This document shows, in pieces, positions 33,603-46,120 of a stretch of DNA of 64,000 nt. The notes below the pieces were generated by a model. The model was given only the letters and a program-made list of their open reading frames with translations. It searched no databases and had not been told where the DNA came from. The translations under genes and the position numbers were made by a program. Every line of letters starts with the position of its first letter. Position 1 is the first letter of the stretch. Source of the stretch: Syncephalis fuscata S228 (taxonomy: Eukaryota; Fungi; Zoopagomycota); assembly GCA_025786725.1 (NCBI GenBank), contig JAHLTZ010000007.1:496001-560000 (forward strand), read 5' to 3'.

Positions 33603-35764
33603 TTATTCATTATGTATTATTGGTATAGTACGTTCGAGTAGGCCGGTTAGGTTATCATGATAAGGAATAGCTTGGTAGTTCAGGGCTGTGCGAAGTTTCT
33701 GTTGTAATGTAGCAAGTGTATCACTTACTCGTTCAACCCTGTTATAATTAGTACCAATATGACCACTATGGATATATTCAGTAAGATCATCGAAGACGGT
33801 CACTACAAATGGAATACATTCGGCGCGTGTTTCAATGGCAGTCGTCCAGTCAAGTAGTAGATTAACATCCCAGGCTACACTTTGCATCAAAGAGGCGAAT
33901 AGATGTAATGGGCGGTATTTTGGTAATAGGCATAGATGGGAGTTGGTAGATAACATCGATTTAGTTAATAGCCGTGTATTACTATGTAATTCACTGTTAC
34001 TATCACCAACGCTACTTGATAATTGATGTAATTGTCCAACAAGTCGATAACAAGTAAATAATTGTTGATCATCAGCTGAAAAGTATAAATGAATGTTTGA
34101 TAGTACTTGTTCTAGTGTTGTTCTATAAGGCGATGTCGCTGCATTCAAAAAAGAAACATCGTTTAAACGTAAGTAGTAAGTATGAAACGTAGAGGTAACT
34201 TGCCTGTAAAAAACATATCATACGCTTTATACAAAGGACAGTAAATATAGACCGCTATGGTTGTTAGTAGATCAATGTTGCCTACAATGTTTTAACATTA
34301 CCGGTTATTGTATTTTGTAGCCATTCTTTGTGTTTAGTTGTAGAATGCTTGGCCGGTTGTTCCAAAGTATCTATTAAGTTCATTATTTCACTATTATTAT
34401 TATTTGTCAAAGTCCTTTGAACGATGGAATGATTTGTGTAGTATAAAATACAAAGAATTAAACGCCTCATTAATGAAGCGGGTGGCCATTCACGTGTTTT
34501 TGTATCAAAACAGAAATCCGATTGATCTTGTAACATGGGTGTAATACTTTGTAACTCATTTAATGATAATGAATTGGCCATGTAGTGTAATGTTAAACCC
34601 ATTGATATCTATCGTTTATTCATTCATTAGTAGATATAGTTTAAATAAATCTACTTACCGGTAAATCAATTGACATATTCTTTAAAATTACTGTAGCTAG
34701 ATTTAATAATCGATAATGAGTAGTAAAATCTATTTGTTCATTATATTGACTAGCAATCGATGGCTATTATATAGTTAGTTATAGGATATGTATATTATTA
34801 TTACTATTCAGTATCTATTTACATACCATAATATTTATAACTCTATTTAAAATAGTCAATGAAATTGACAATGGTGGATATCGATTCATTAATTGAATAC
34901 ATTCCGTCTCAATAGCCAGTAAAGCAATACGCGCTGTTCCCTATCATTTAAAGTTATTATTTATTGTACTGTTAAATAATACACTTGTTTTACCTTAATA
35001 GATATCATTTCTGACCAAACATCTATCTTTTGAGTTATCCATATAAATAATGGCCGGTGTCTATGAATAGTGTCCATGGTGTCTGATTGTCGCTTTGATT
35101 GTCGTCGAATACCACGCAATAAACGATATATAAAATAAAATATGGCTACTTCACTTGTTTTACTCATTGTTACAGTGTTGAATGTTGTCGATACGTTTAA
35201 ATAACCGCTAACATCGCACATTAAATCTAATAAATCAAGATATGATGTCATCGACTGTTCTTCAACCTATGTCAGTCATTTAATAATTGGTCTATTTATT
35301 TATTTATTATACTAACATACTAATGCTTACACATTACATACCATCAATAGACGTTCATAAATAAGACATAGTAGATTCATGATAACGTGCGTTACATATT
35401 TATTATCTTGTCGTCCCCACCATACTATCTAAACAACAGCCAGTGTTCTTCGTTATTCATTATCTATATCAAGGGCTGCTTCATTCTACTTAATAGTTAC
35501 CAGTGGATGTAGTCTTAACGGTATACCGAGCAATTCGTTTGGCATACACGCTCTCTCTGTAGCTATTTGATACAGTGTTTCTAACTGGGTTAGTTGTTCA
35601 ACAAGTACCTCAGTTTGTAGTATGTTCTATATACACACATACACACGCTCACTCATCAATCTTTCTATTAAAAATAAGATATGTGCTCTTACTATAACCG
35701 CATCGTCAAAACGACACGACCAATGCATCACCGACTTTGGTAAAGACTCGTCGTTTGACGCCAT
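33603..35764 (-). CDS. Protein Lines (LINS1)-like
   Basis: PLHLFASLMQSVAWDVNLLLDW...ET resembles the Lines C-terminal NPHxxF...FDxxVLLDFL..ET motif; RRLILCIL lies upstream. Exon structure is approximate. Confidence 0.55.
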
Positions 35765-36160
35765 GACTGTCTCAATAGATCAATGTAGACCAAGAAAGAG
35801 AATTGATAAGAAAGGGGTGCCATATAAATTGGTAATAAAAGCTTTTATTTCTACAGTAATCCCATCCTTCATGTCTGTGTGTTTTATTGTCACTCAGCTA
35901 CATAAAACCTTATCGTCATACTACACACCCATTCATACGCTCTTACACCTACCAAGTGTGAATAGACCTCCTTATTACTGGGAATATCCATACTGTTCGC
36001 CTTGACTTCTACCACGTCTTTTCTATTTTATTCAAGGTTTTCTTGGCCGTCAACGTCTCATCTACATTCTACTCCTACTATACAGTCAATCCATATACTG
36101 TCGACACTTAAATACCCATTAGTTGAGTTGTCATTAATCAGCGAAAGGCAGTGCAGCAAT

Positions 36161-36621
36161 ATGTTCACCTCTCCTATACGCTGCGAGACAGGCCAGTTCT
36201 GGAATGAAATAGAAGAACAAGGTCCGTTTGTATTACAGCAGCTAAAGACGTCAAACAACGCACTGCTACGTAACGTTCTTGGTACTATTCGTAACGTGTA
36301 AGTGGTTGCTATTGATTCAATACAAATAGTTTTAATTCATGATATCCATCTAGTCTCGATACAAAACAGCCATCATTTCGTATTGTCTTTAAATCGGATA
36401 TATTCATTCAGTATGTACTAGCACTGGCTGAAACACGTAGCTCCATCGATAAACCATGGCGATGGATTGAAGGTGAATAGCTCTTTTGTAATATATACTA
36501 TGTATACTTATTTTAATTGATTAGATAACATGTTAAAAGAAGTACTTCAACTAGATAATATAATGGATCGCGAAAACTATGTAATAAGTAAAGTAAAGTC
36601 ATTAGTGGCTGAAGGTAAGTT

Positions 36622-36659
<38 letters not shown>

Positions 36660-39600
36660 GTGGTCTAATATATACTAACCATGATTAATATAGAAAGTCA
36701 AGATGATGATCCAGATTTGAGGTTTAATGCGGCAGCCCGAGCATTTCGTCGTACATTCGATATACCCGATTCGGAAAGATTAGTTAATTGTAAGTTTAAT
36801 AACGTTAATTTATTAATAATAGCAATATTAATATATATATATATGTGTGTGTGTGTGTGTTTGTATATGTGTATATACAATAGACTATTCATGTGCTTAT
36901 GAAGGTGTTAATCAAGGATGGATGTATATTAGTGAATATTCACTCTGTTTCTACTCTTTTATTTTGGGTATAGAAACCAAATTACAAATTCTTTTACGTG
37001 ACGTTAAAGATGTTCGTAAAGAAAAATCAAAACGAGGTTTAGTACCTGATTCTATTGTATTAACTACACGAGAAGATAAAGAGGTAAGTGCTGATTATTA
37101 TAGTATTAATGTTAGTATTAATGTTAAATATTGTAATTACAGTTTTTCTTTTCTAATCTATTCCACCGAGAGAGTGTAAGTAGTAACAAGTAGATAAGAT
37201 AGTATACTAATGGAATATTTAGACTTTTGATATATTAATTCAACTGATTAATATTAATGCAGAACGTCTATTGCGTGGACATACAGGTAACTAGCTATAA
37301 TATAATATACAAATAGCCGATTAATAGACTGAATAATGTAGAGTCGGTTATACTATTTCACGATGATGAAGAAACTGCCAATTCATCGAGTGGACAGAAT
37401 AAACGGACATTACGTCAAGGATTAGAGGATAGAAAGCGTAATCTGACATTTCAACAACTATTCAACCTGCCTAACATTGAAAGAATTGTATCTGACTGCG
37501 ATGCTACAATACAGATAATGTTAGAACCATCGGTTGAGTTTCAAGGAAAGCTATATCTATCGGATCATTTTATAACATTCTATGCAACGGAACGAGATGC
37601 TTGTCGATGGGTACTTCCATTGTTTGCTATACGTAGAGTGGAGCGTGTGGCTTCACCACCCTATACTATTACACTAGCCATTACTAATTGGCATCAAATG
37701 ATGGTGGTTATTCGACTGAAGGTCACTTATCGACAGGTGATCAATTCTGTTCAGCCTTTAAGGAACAGTTGAAACGTCGTGGTCGTACTATGAAATCATT
37801 ACGACCCTTCCTGGAGACTTGCTATTCAGAATCATTATTGGCTGAACATACCGACCCACCATTGAATGGACTTGGTGTTGTACACGGATATCCTGATGAG
37901 AAGACATTAACTAACGCGGGTAAAAAGTAAGTAATAGTTAGTACTAACAACATTATAATAATGGATATCAATGGATAGGAGCAAGAATGCTGCTAAACTT
38001 GAATATTGGAAGAAATACTTGACGGGTAATATACTAGCAAATACTGTACTATTATATGACTAATCGAATGTTTAGAATATGGGCGTAACCTGACTACTAT
38101 TCGTCAAAGTTCTTTCTCCAAGCTTGTCCGTATTGGATTGCCTAATCAACTACGTGGTGAAATGTGGGAGTTGTGTTGTGGTGCCATGTTCCATCGTTGT
38201 ATGTATCCAAATCAATTTGAACAATTACTCAAAGACCACGAGGGTGTCATGTCGCTGTCGATCGAAGAGATTGAGAAGGATCTTAATCGGTAAGTAATAG
38301 GTTCGATCTATGGTTATATAGTAATGGTGTATACATATGTATGTATATAGATCATTGCCAGAATATCCAGCCTATCAATCATCTGAAGGTATTGAAACAT
38401 TAAGACGGGTACTAGTTGCCTATGCTTGGAAGAATCCAAAACTTGGCTACTGTCAAGCTATGAATATTGTAGTATCGGCACTTTTAATGTAAGCTATAGT
38501 TTAAGAATTAATAGTACAATATTATTCTAATGACCATCTAATGTATCTATTTAGTTATATGAGTGAAGAACAAGCATTCTGGACATTAAATGTTATTTGT
38601 GAACACTTACTACCTGGCTACTATAGGTATGTTTAGTGTAGTGTTGTTTATATTAAGTATTATATTAATATTTGTCCAATTTAGTACTTCTATGTATGGT
38701 GCTCTTTTGGATCAGGCAGTCTTCGAACGACTTGTACAGGAAACCATGCCAGTACTAGATGACTATTTCAGGCGTAAAGATATTCAAGTATCGGTAGCAT
38801 CGTTACCGTGGTTCCTTAGTCTATTTCTTAATTCAATGCCGTTAAGATTTGCTTTCCGTGTATTGGATTGCTTCTTTTTACAAGGACCTAGAATTCTATT
38901 TCAAGTGGGGTAAGTATATGCAAACTGGTTAATTAATTAATTGATAGCTAATTTAAACTATTTAATTTGTATTATTTAAATTAGTTTGGGTAAGTTATAT
39001 GGCTATTATTAATATTTACATGTTTACTAATATATTTGGTGATTAGCTTTGTTGAAGGTCAATGGTGAAGCTATTTTAGAAGCATCAGATGATGGCGCAT
39101 TCATTGCTATTTTCAAGGACTATTTCACGCGACTCGATGATCGTGTCTATCCAAATAGCAAAGATAGTAGAACACGTTCATTGACACAATTCCACCACTT
39201 GATGCGTATTGCATATCAAGACTTTTCTAATGTCACAAATGAATACGTTGTAGAGCTGCGTGGCATGTTACAATCGCAAGTGATACATGGCATTGAGTCA
39301 TTTACTAAACGTAGCTATCTACGTAATCTAAAAATAGAGAGTCGTCTAAGTAAAGAAGCGTTGGCAGCCGTTTATGATAAATATTATGGTATTATATTTT
39401 ATCGTGGTCAAGAAGGTGTCAACCAAGGAAGTTTAGACTATACAGGCTATGTAGAATTTTTAGGCTCAATGACTTGTTGGGGTTTACCACCTAAAGTAAA
39501 AGATGATGAAGAAGAAGAAGATGAAGAGGAGGAGGAGGAGGAGGAAGAAGAAGAAAAAGAAAAAAGAAAAGAAAATGTAGAGGATGTAGAAGATGTTACA

Positions 39601-40813
39601 AAAGAAACAGATCTAATAGTATTAAATGAAGATACAGAAAGTAATACAGTAAAGAAAATTCATCACAAACAGGTCTTTTAATAGATATTGGTAATAATGA
39701 GATAGAAGATGACAATGCGTCTGATGTACAATCATCCATGTTACCAACACCGAATATGGAATTGCCACTATTACCTACACCACCCATACCAGGTCGAGCC
39801 GGCTCTATATCACCACGTCCGGATCCTGCTCAATTGGCAGCAGCGATTGAGTTGACCGAGACACGTAGAGTGAGCCTGACAAAACGTTTATTCCGCGCAG
39901 CAACGACGGCCATTTCTCCAGATCCTACGGAACAGGCTGACTTTCCACAAGCTGCCGTGGCCATAGGAGAATTTTAGGCGGCGATCTATTAACACGTATT
40001 GACTACATCTTTCGATTGTATGATACAGATGGTGATAATCGAATTACACAAGATGAACTTGATGCGTTTATTGAAGAAATGTCCTACTTGACCGTTATGG
40101 TTATAGCAGGCATGAAAGAGGATGATAATCATGTATGGGCCGCATCATTACGCGAGAATGCTCGACGCTATGCGGATCCACTCCAATCGACGCCAGATGT
40201 CAATAGCACAGATACGGCAACGGCAGAAGCAACGGAGGAGAATGCCGAGGCTGCTGATGCCATTTGGTTATCATTACCATCCTTTAGAATGATTGTATTG
40301 GCCGAATCAGTATTGGAGCAGCTGTTTGAAGCGGATTTACCAGGCTCGTTTCATCTTGAACAGCAGCCACAAGCTTACAATGCTCGTCTTGGTCGAGAGA
40401 TCTTTAATGCGCTTTGGTCGGAAGGTACAAAATTGGCCGAAAACGTTGGTAAGCGTGTTACAGCACGTCGACAATCACATACACCTCGACGACCACGATC
40501 ATCGACTCATGGTTTAATTCAGCACGGTCTGAGTGGTGGTGGTAGTGCTAGTGCACCTGCAGCCACAACGCCCACAACCCCATTGGTCGATCGGTTACGT
40601 GCAACGACCAGCGAGGAAGCTAGTGGTCGGTTATCGCCCGCTGCTGCTTCCTTTAGTTCAGCCGCGGCCGAGACTGAGGAAGAATCGATATCGGTGGTTG
40701 ACGAGGAAGAGATAAGTGATGTTGATATGCTTGAAGAGGTAGATCGTCTACTTAACGAACTAGGCCATGGTTCAGATGATGATGATGATGAACCAGTAAA
40801 GAAGAGTAGCTAA
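36161..40813 (+). CDS. GRAM-GRAM-TBC-EF-hand Rab-GAP (Mdr1/Gyp2 family), paralog B
   Basis: IEKDLNR|[27 protein letters not shown]; about 14 introns and a 5-nt exon; three apparent single-base frameshifts (~37721, ~39650, ~39975). Confidence 0.92.
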
Positions 40814-41223
40814 TTAATTAGCGGGATAAAAGACATTTATTTCTTATTACTTGTTATGTTTAATTCAATCGTATAACTGTTACTATTAAAATAATATTAT
40901 ATCATGATTATTATTTACTAGTTTTGGAAGGCAAATAAAACATGATTATAGATATAGCAAGTTATTGTATCTAGTTAAGATGAAACCATAAGTTTATTAC
41001 TATAAGCTTGCACAGTTGAATATGGGCAACTAGATGCAAACATGTTGGTAACATAATGATTCCATTGATTAAAGACTGGATAAACCGGAGCATTGGCCAA
41101 AACTTGATATATAAATAGACTAGACGGCGTAATTGTCAAATGGTCTTGCTTTTCACCGAATATATACCTAAATTGTATTGGAATAGTGGTTTGATTGCAC
41201 TACCAATGCTAATGTCCTTATGC

Positions 41224-43681
41224 TTATGGGTTATCTGCATTTATAAATAAAAATATACATGTATATAATTAGTGTATAAGCCATCAATATACAATATTAC
41301 TTACTGACTATTGATATTAAGTTATTGATACACATGGTGCATAACATGTAATTAGTGAGTAATTAATCAATATAAAATGCTACTTACTGCCTATTAGTAT
41401 TAAGTTATCGATACACATGATGCATAACATGTGATTAGTGGGTTATCAATTAATATAAAATGCTACTTACGACCTATTAGTATTAAGTTATTGATACACA
41501 TGGTGCATAACATGTAATTAGTAAGTAATCAATTAATATATAATACCACTTACATCCTATTAATATTAAGTTGTTGGTAGATAGATTCCACAGTATATAA
41601 TTAGCACATGTTCTATTGATATACAGCTCAACTTACTGCCTATTAATATTAAGTTGTTGATGGATACATTAAATAGCATGTGATTAGTAAATAGCTAATT
41701 AGTATACAATATAACTTACTCCCTATTAATATTAAATTATTGATGAGCACAATACATGGTATATAATTAATGTATAGTCAGTTAATACACAATATCACTT
41801 ACTGCCTATTAATATTAAATAATTGGTACAATCAATAAATAGCATAGTTAATGTATAGTCAGTTAATATACAATATCACTTACAGACTATTAATATTAAA
41901 TAATTGATACAATCAGTAAATAGTATAGTTAATGTATAGTCAGTTAATATACAATACCACTTACGGACTATTAATATTAAACAATTGGTACAATCAATAA
42001 GTAGCATAGTTAATGTATAGTCGGTTAATATACAATATCACTTACAGACTATTAATATTAAATTATTGGTACAATTAGTAAATAGCATGGTTAATGTATA
42101 GTCAGTTAATATACAATATCACTTACGGTCTATTAATATTAAATTATTGATACAATCAGTAAATAGCATAGTTAATGTATAGTCAGTTAATATACAATAC
42201 CACTTACTTGCTATTAGTATTAAGTAGTTGGCGCAATTAGTAAATAGTATAGTTAATGTATAGTCAGTTAATATACAATACCACTTACGGTCTATTAATA
42301 TTAAACAATTGGTACAATCAATAAGTAGCATAGTTAATGTATAGTCGGTTAATATACAATATCACTTACAGACTATTAATATTAAATTATTGATACAATC
42401 AGTAAATAGCATAGTTAATGTATAGTCAGTTAATATACAATACCACTTACTTGCTATTAGTATTAAGTAATTGGCGCAATTAGTAAATAGTATAGTTAAT
42501 GTATAGTCGGTTAATATACAATACCACTTACGGTCTATTAATATTAAATTATTGATACAATCAGTAAATAGCATAGTTAATGTATAGTCAGTTAATATAC
42601 AATACCACTTACTTGCTATTAATATTAAACAATTGGTACAATTAGTAAATAGTATAGTTAATGTATAGTCGGTTAATATACAATACCACTTACGGTCTAT
42701 TAATATTAAATTATTGGTACAATCAGTAAATAGCATAGTTAATGTATAGTCAGTTAATATACAATACCACTTACTTGCTATTAATATTAAACAATTGGTA
42801 CAATCAGTAAATAGTATAGTTAATGTATAATCAGTTAATATACAATATCACTTACTCCCTATTATATCAAGTTGTTGATACGCACAATACATGGTATACA
42901 ATTAATTCATAAGTCAGCAATATACAATATCACTTACTATCTATTAGTATTAAGTTGTTGATATATATTATGCATAACACGTGGTTAGTACATAGTCCAC
43001 CAATATACAATGCTACTTACAGCCTATTATTATTAAGTTATTGATACACACGACGCATAATATATAATTAGCCAGCGTGCAATAAGTATACAATATAATT
43101 TACATTGGTCTAATATTGTCATTGATACATACAACACAATATATAATTAGTTAATACTCAACTAATATACAATACAACTTACCCACTATGGCATCAAATT
43201 GTTGATGGACATAATACATGATATATGATTAATTTATAAGTTAGCATATACAATATCACTTACCGCCTATTGTTATTAAGTCATTGATACACATAGCGCA
43301 TAGCATGCAATTAGTGGGTTATCAACTAATATACAATATAACTTACAGCTATCTAATATTAAGGTGTCAATTGATACAGTACATGACATATAATTAGTGT
43401 ATGCTTTATTGGTATATAATATAACTTACTAACTATTAGTATTAAGTTGTTGATATACATAGTGCATGGATATAATTAATGAGTCATTAACTAATATACA
43501 GTACAACTTACAATCTAATAGTATCATTAGTTAGCAATACTATTAATAAGCAGATACTATGGCATATCTATTGTTATTGCAACATACCACGACGAACTAA
43601 GGCTGGTTTAGCATCCACTATGGCTGTACTGGCCACAAGAGCCACGACAATGGTGCAAACAACGGCAATGGAAAGCTTCAT
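41224..43681 (-). CDS. Micro-exon gene: secreted 64-aa prepropeptide with a CX3C-X14-CX3C mature peptide, 30 exons
   Basis: Exon 1 (43681-43588) encodes MKLSIAVVCTIVVALVASTAIVDAKPALVRR plus one G. Then 28 exons of 3 or 6 nt, each flanked by TAG and GTAAGT (one GTAAAT). Last exon 41234-41224 is ATAACCCATAA. The spliced frame is stop-free. Confidence 0.88.
41300..43515. repeat. ~81-bp tandem array (28 units; each unit is one intron plus one micro-exon)
   Basis: Near-identical 81-bp units at ~41770-42860; diverged 79-86 bp units on both flanks. Confidence 0.95.
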
Positions 43682-44058
43682 GGTGATATTGAATTGTTAA
43701 GATAAACAAAAAAAGAGATAGTAGAGTGTAATTGGTATAGAGTGGGGAGTAGTGCGCGTGTAGCAAGAAGTAGAGTGTGATGAGGATATTGCAGTGGGTT
43801 GTGTATATTTTGTGGGCTATTTAAACTTATGGTTTACTGATATGCTAGCATGCTGTAATATATGAGATATACCATTGATGTGTAATATGGGCCAATAAAG
43901 CAATCCAAATAATGATTTGAGGTGCACATGCACCAATAGATTCATGGCGTGATAGTGTGCTTTCAAACTTAATTTCAACCTGCTCGGCATTTACACAAAT
44001 GACACGGCAATTCCAATGAGCATTACATGTGCGATAGAGACATGTACATCGCTTTGCT

Positions 44059-44421
44059 TTTTTATTATACGGTTTAACTATTTGCTAAAAGCAAGGTATT
44101 GTTTAACTTTGTAAAAGCAATAGTGATATTTTTGCCGCCATTTCTACCGATTCAGTCCTCAATATCTGCATGCATACTAAACAGCACACAACCTGCCCGG
44201 TCTTTACTTCAATCTGTTAGTCATTTGCATGAGTACTGTAACGGTGTTCATAACCCAGTACATATGGTAAAAATAGACACATTAACCTGTTTTTTATTAC
44301 ACGGTCTAACTATTTGGTAAAAGCAAGTATATTGTTTGGTTTTGTAAAAAAGATAATGATGTCTTTGCTGCCATTTCTACCGATTCAGTCCTCAATGTCT
44401 GTATGCATACAGAATAGCACA
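44059..44421. repeat. Two imperfect ~130-bp direct repeats (44059-44188 and 44291-44421)
   Basis: Shared core GCCATTTCTACCGATTCAGTCCTCAAT with alignable flanks. Confidence 0.85.
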
Positions 44422-45734
44422 TAAAACTGCTGCAAAAACAAGTTTATCAAACTGGTATTTTATACAGGTTTTTACTGCTATACATAGGTCAGTTGTAATT
44501 TTAAATTATAAAGTATATTGATTGGTACATGCATGCATTTCATTCGACACTATGCCTATTGTTATGGGGCAATCATTGCTTTGAATTTACAAATGCATTA
44601 CATTCAAGCATATCATGCTATATGTTGTGCAACTACCATCATTCAAATGACGGCCAATCTAAATTACCTGAAATTGATTATACAATAAGTACTGTTTGTA
44701 GCATGATGCATCACAGCATTTTGCGCAATGGAGCATTTCAACATGTCACTTTCGTCATCAGTTTTCAGCTGTAAACTAGATTGTATCGACTAAATTACAC
44801 GCAATACAATATGTAGACACTAGAATAAACACAATAGAAAGTTCTGCTTAAATATTACAAATTTTAATGCATAATGTAAATGGGTTTGCATATCAATGGG
44901 TAATTATCCAAGGTCTAACTACTGCTTAAATTTCTGAAACCAATTCTGACAAGTCAAGCAATATGGAATATAGAAGAACAAGCCAAAGCAGAAACCAATA
45001 GAAAACAATTGACAGCTCAAAGGTCTACTGGTTTAACATATAGCAAATCGCTATAGTTAGGCTAAGCTGGACCGTGTTTATCAAAAAGTTAATTGCTACT
45101 GATGCAGCTAGAGAAGCAGTAATGTTAAACCGAGATAATGCACAGAAAACAGAGAGATGTAAATAAAATTGAATTGGCAAGTTTTAGTAGTCAAATAACT
45201 TATTATTGTCACTATACTTTATAATTATGGTTGTTTGTGCGGATAAATATTTACAATCACATTGTGACTTCTTATATACTTACATTTACACGACCACCAA
45301 CTAAGCCAACTATTATAAAGCTTAATCTAACTAGTTATTAGAGTAAACAGCTAATATTATACATTATTGCAATAATAGAAAAACAGATTAATTTCATTTA
45401 TTGACCATTAATAAAAGCTGTATAGCTATATATTAAAGTAAAACAAAACATTAGACTGAGTGAGTAATACTTACATGGTTAAATCATTTTACTTTGACTC
45501 TCACATTTTTATTTACTCATTTCACTGCCTTTTCCTATTGTTATCTTATTGTTCTATTCAATACTATATTACATGATAATGTTGAATATAAAAATATAAA
45601 TAGCATGCGTATTTGAACATCAATAAAAAACACTATTCAATCCCTAGTCTTTATTTCTGTTATTATACATCAATACCTGTTCAAGTAGCCTCAACGGCAT
45701 GCCGTATCTTCTGGTTACAGCCGTCGCCACAAGA

Positions 45735-46120
45735 TCTTCCTGATAAAGATACTCAACCTATCATTATTGCATATGGTGGAGGCCGATTTGCTTCATTAAT
45801 TGGCAGCAAAGCATCTGCGCCTACCAAGTTAATACTAAGAATGTTTAAGAGAATGGTGAACATCAGAAGCGCTAAATATTTTACCTTTTTTGTCACCATA
45901 GACGATTAGCTTAATTACAAATATGCCCAAAATGCAACGGTAGGATATTGGAAAATAGAAGAGACCATTTAGATGTAAGGAATCACACTGTATGTAGCAA
46001 CATTAACAGCTGCGGAACGATATGAGATTGCAACCATATGGCTTCTATTAATATTCAATCAATCTTTCTACGCATAGCCAACAACAATAATCGGCCTCAA
46101 ATGTTTCAAAGAAATCAAAT
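45735..46120 (+). mobile_element. Degenerate Fanzor/TnpB-like nuclease gene fragment (RuvC-II, Zn finger, RuvC-III)
   Basis: IIIAYGGGRF...SAP...FVTIDD*L(frameshift)QICPKC-x20-CSNINSCGTI*DCNHMASINIQSIF...NRPQMFQR matches the eukaryotic Fanzor C-terminal pattern G..F...IDEYLTSQxCxxC...CxxC...WNRDxxAxxNI...RPxxFxR. Confidence 0.75.

Noticed and set aside
42119-42736. ORF-track 27-aa repeat proteins as stand-alone genes
   Set aside because: They are read-through of 78-nt introns plus 3-nt exons, have no independent start context and are broken by TGA in other units.
41300-43515. CRISPR array, or a telomeric/centromeric satellite
   Set aside because: Eukaryotic context, no cas genes, and the variable part is only 3-6 nt and sits exactly between AG and GT splice signals.
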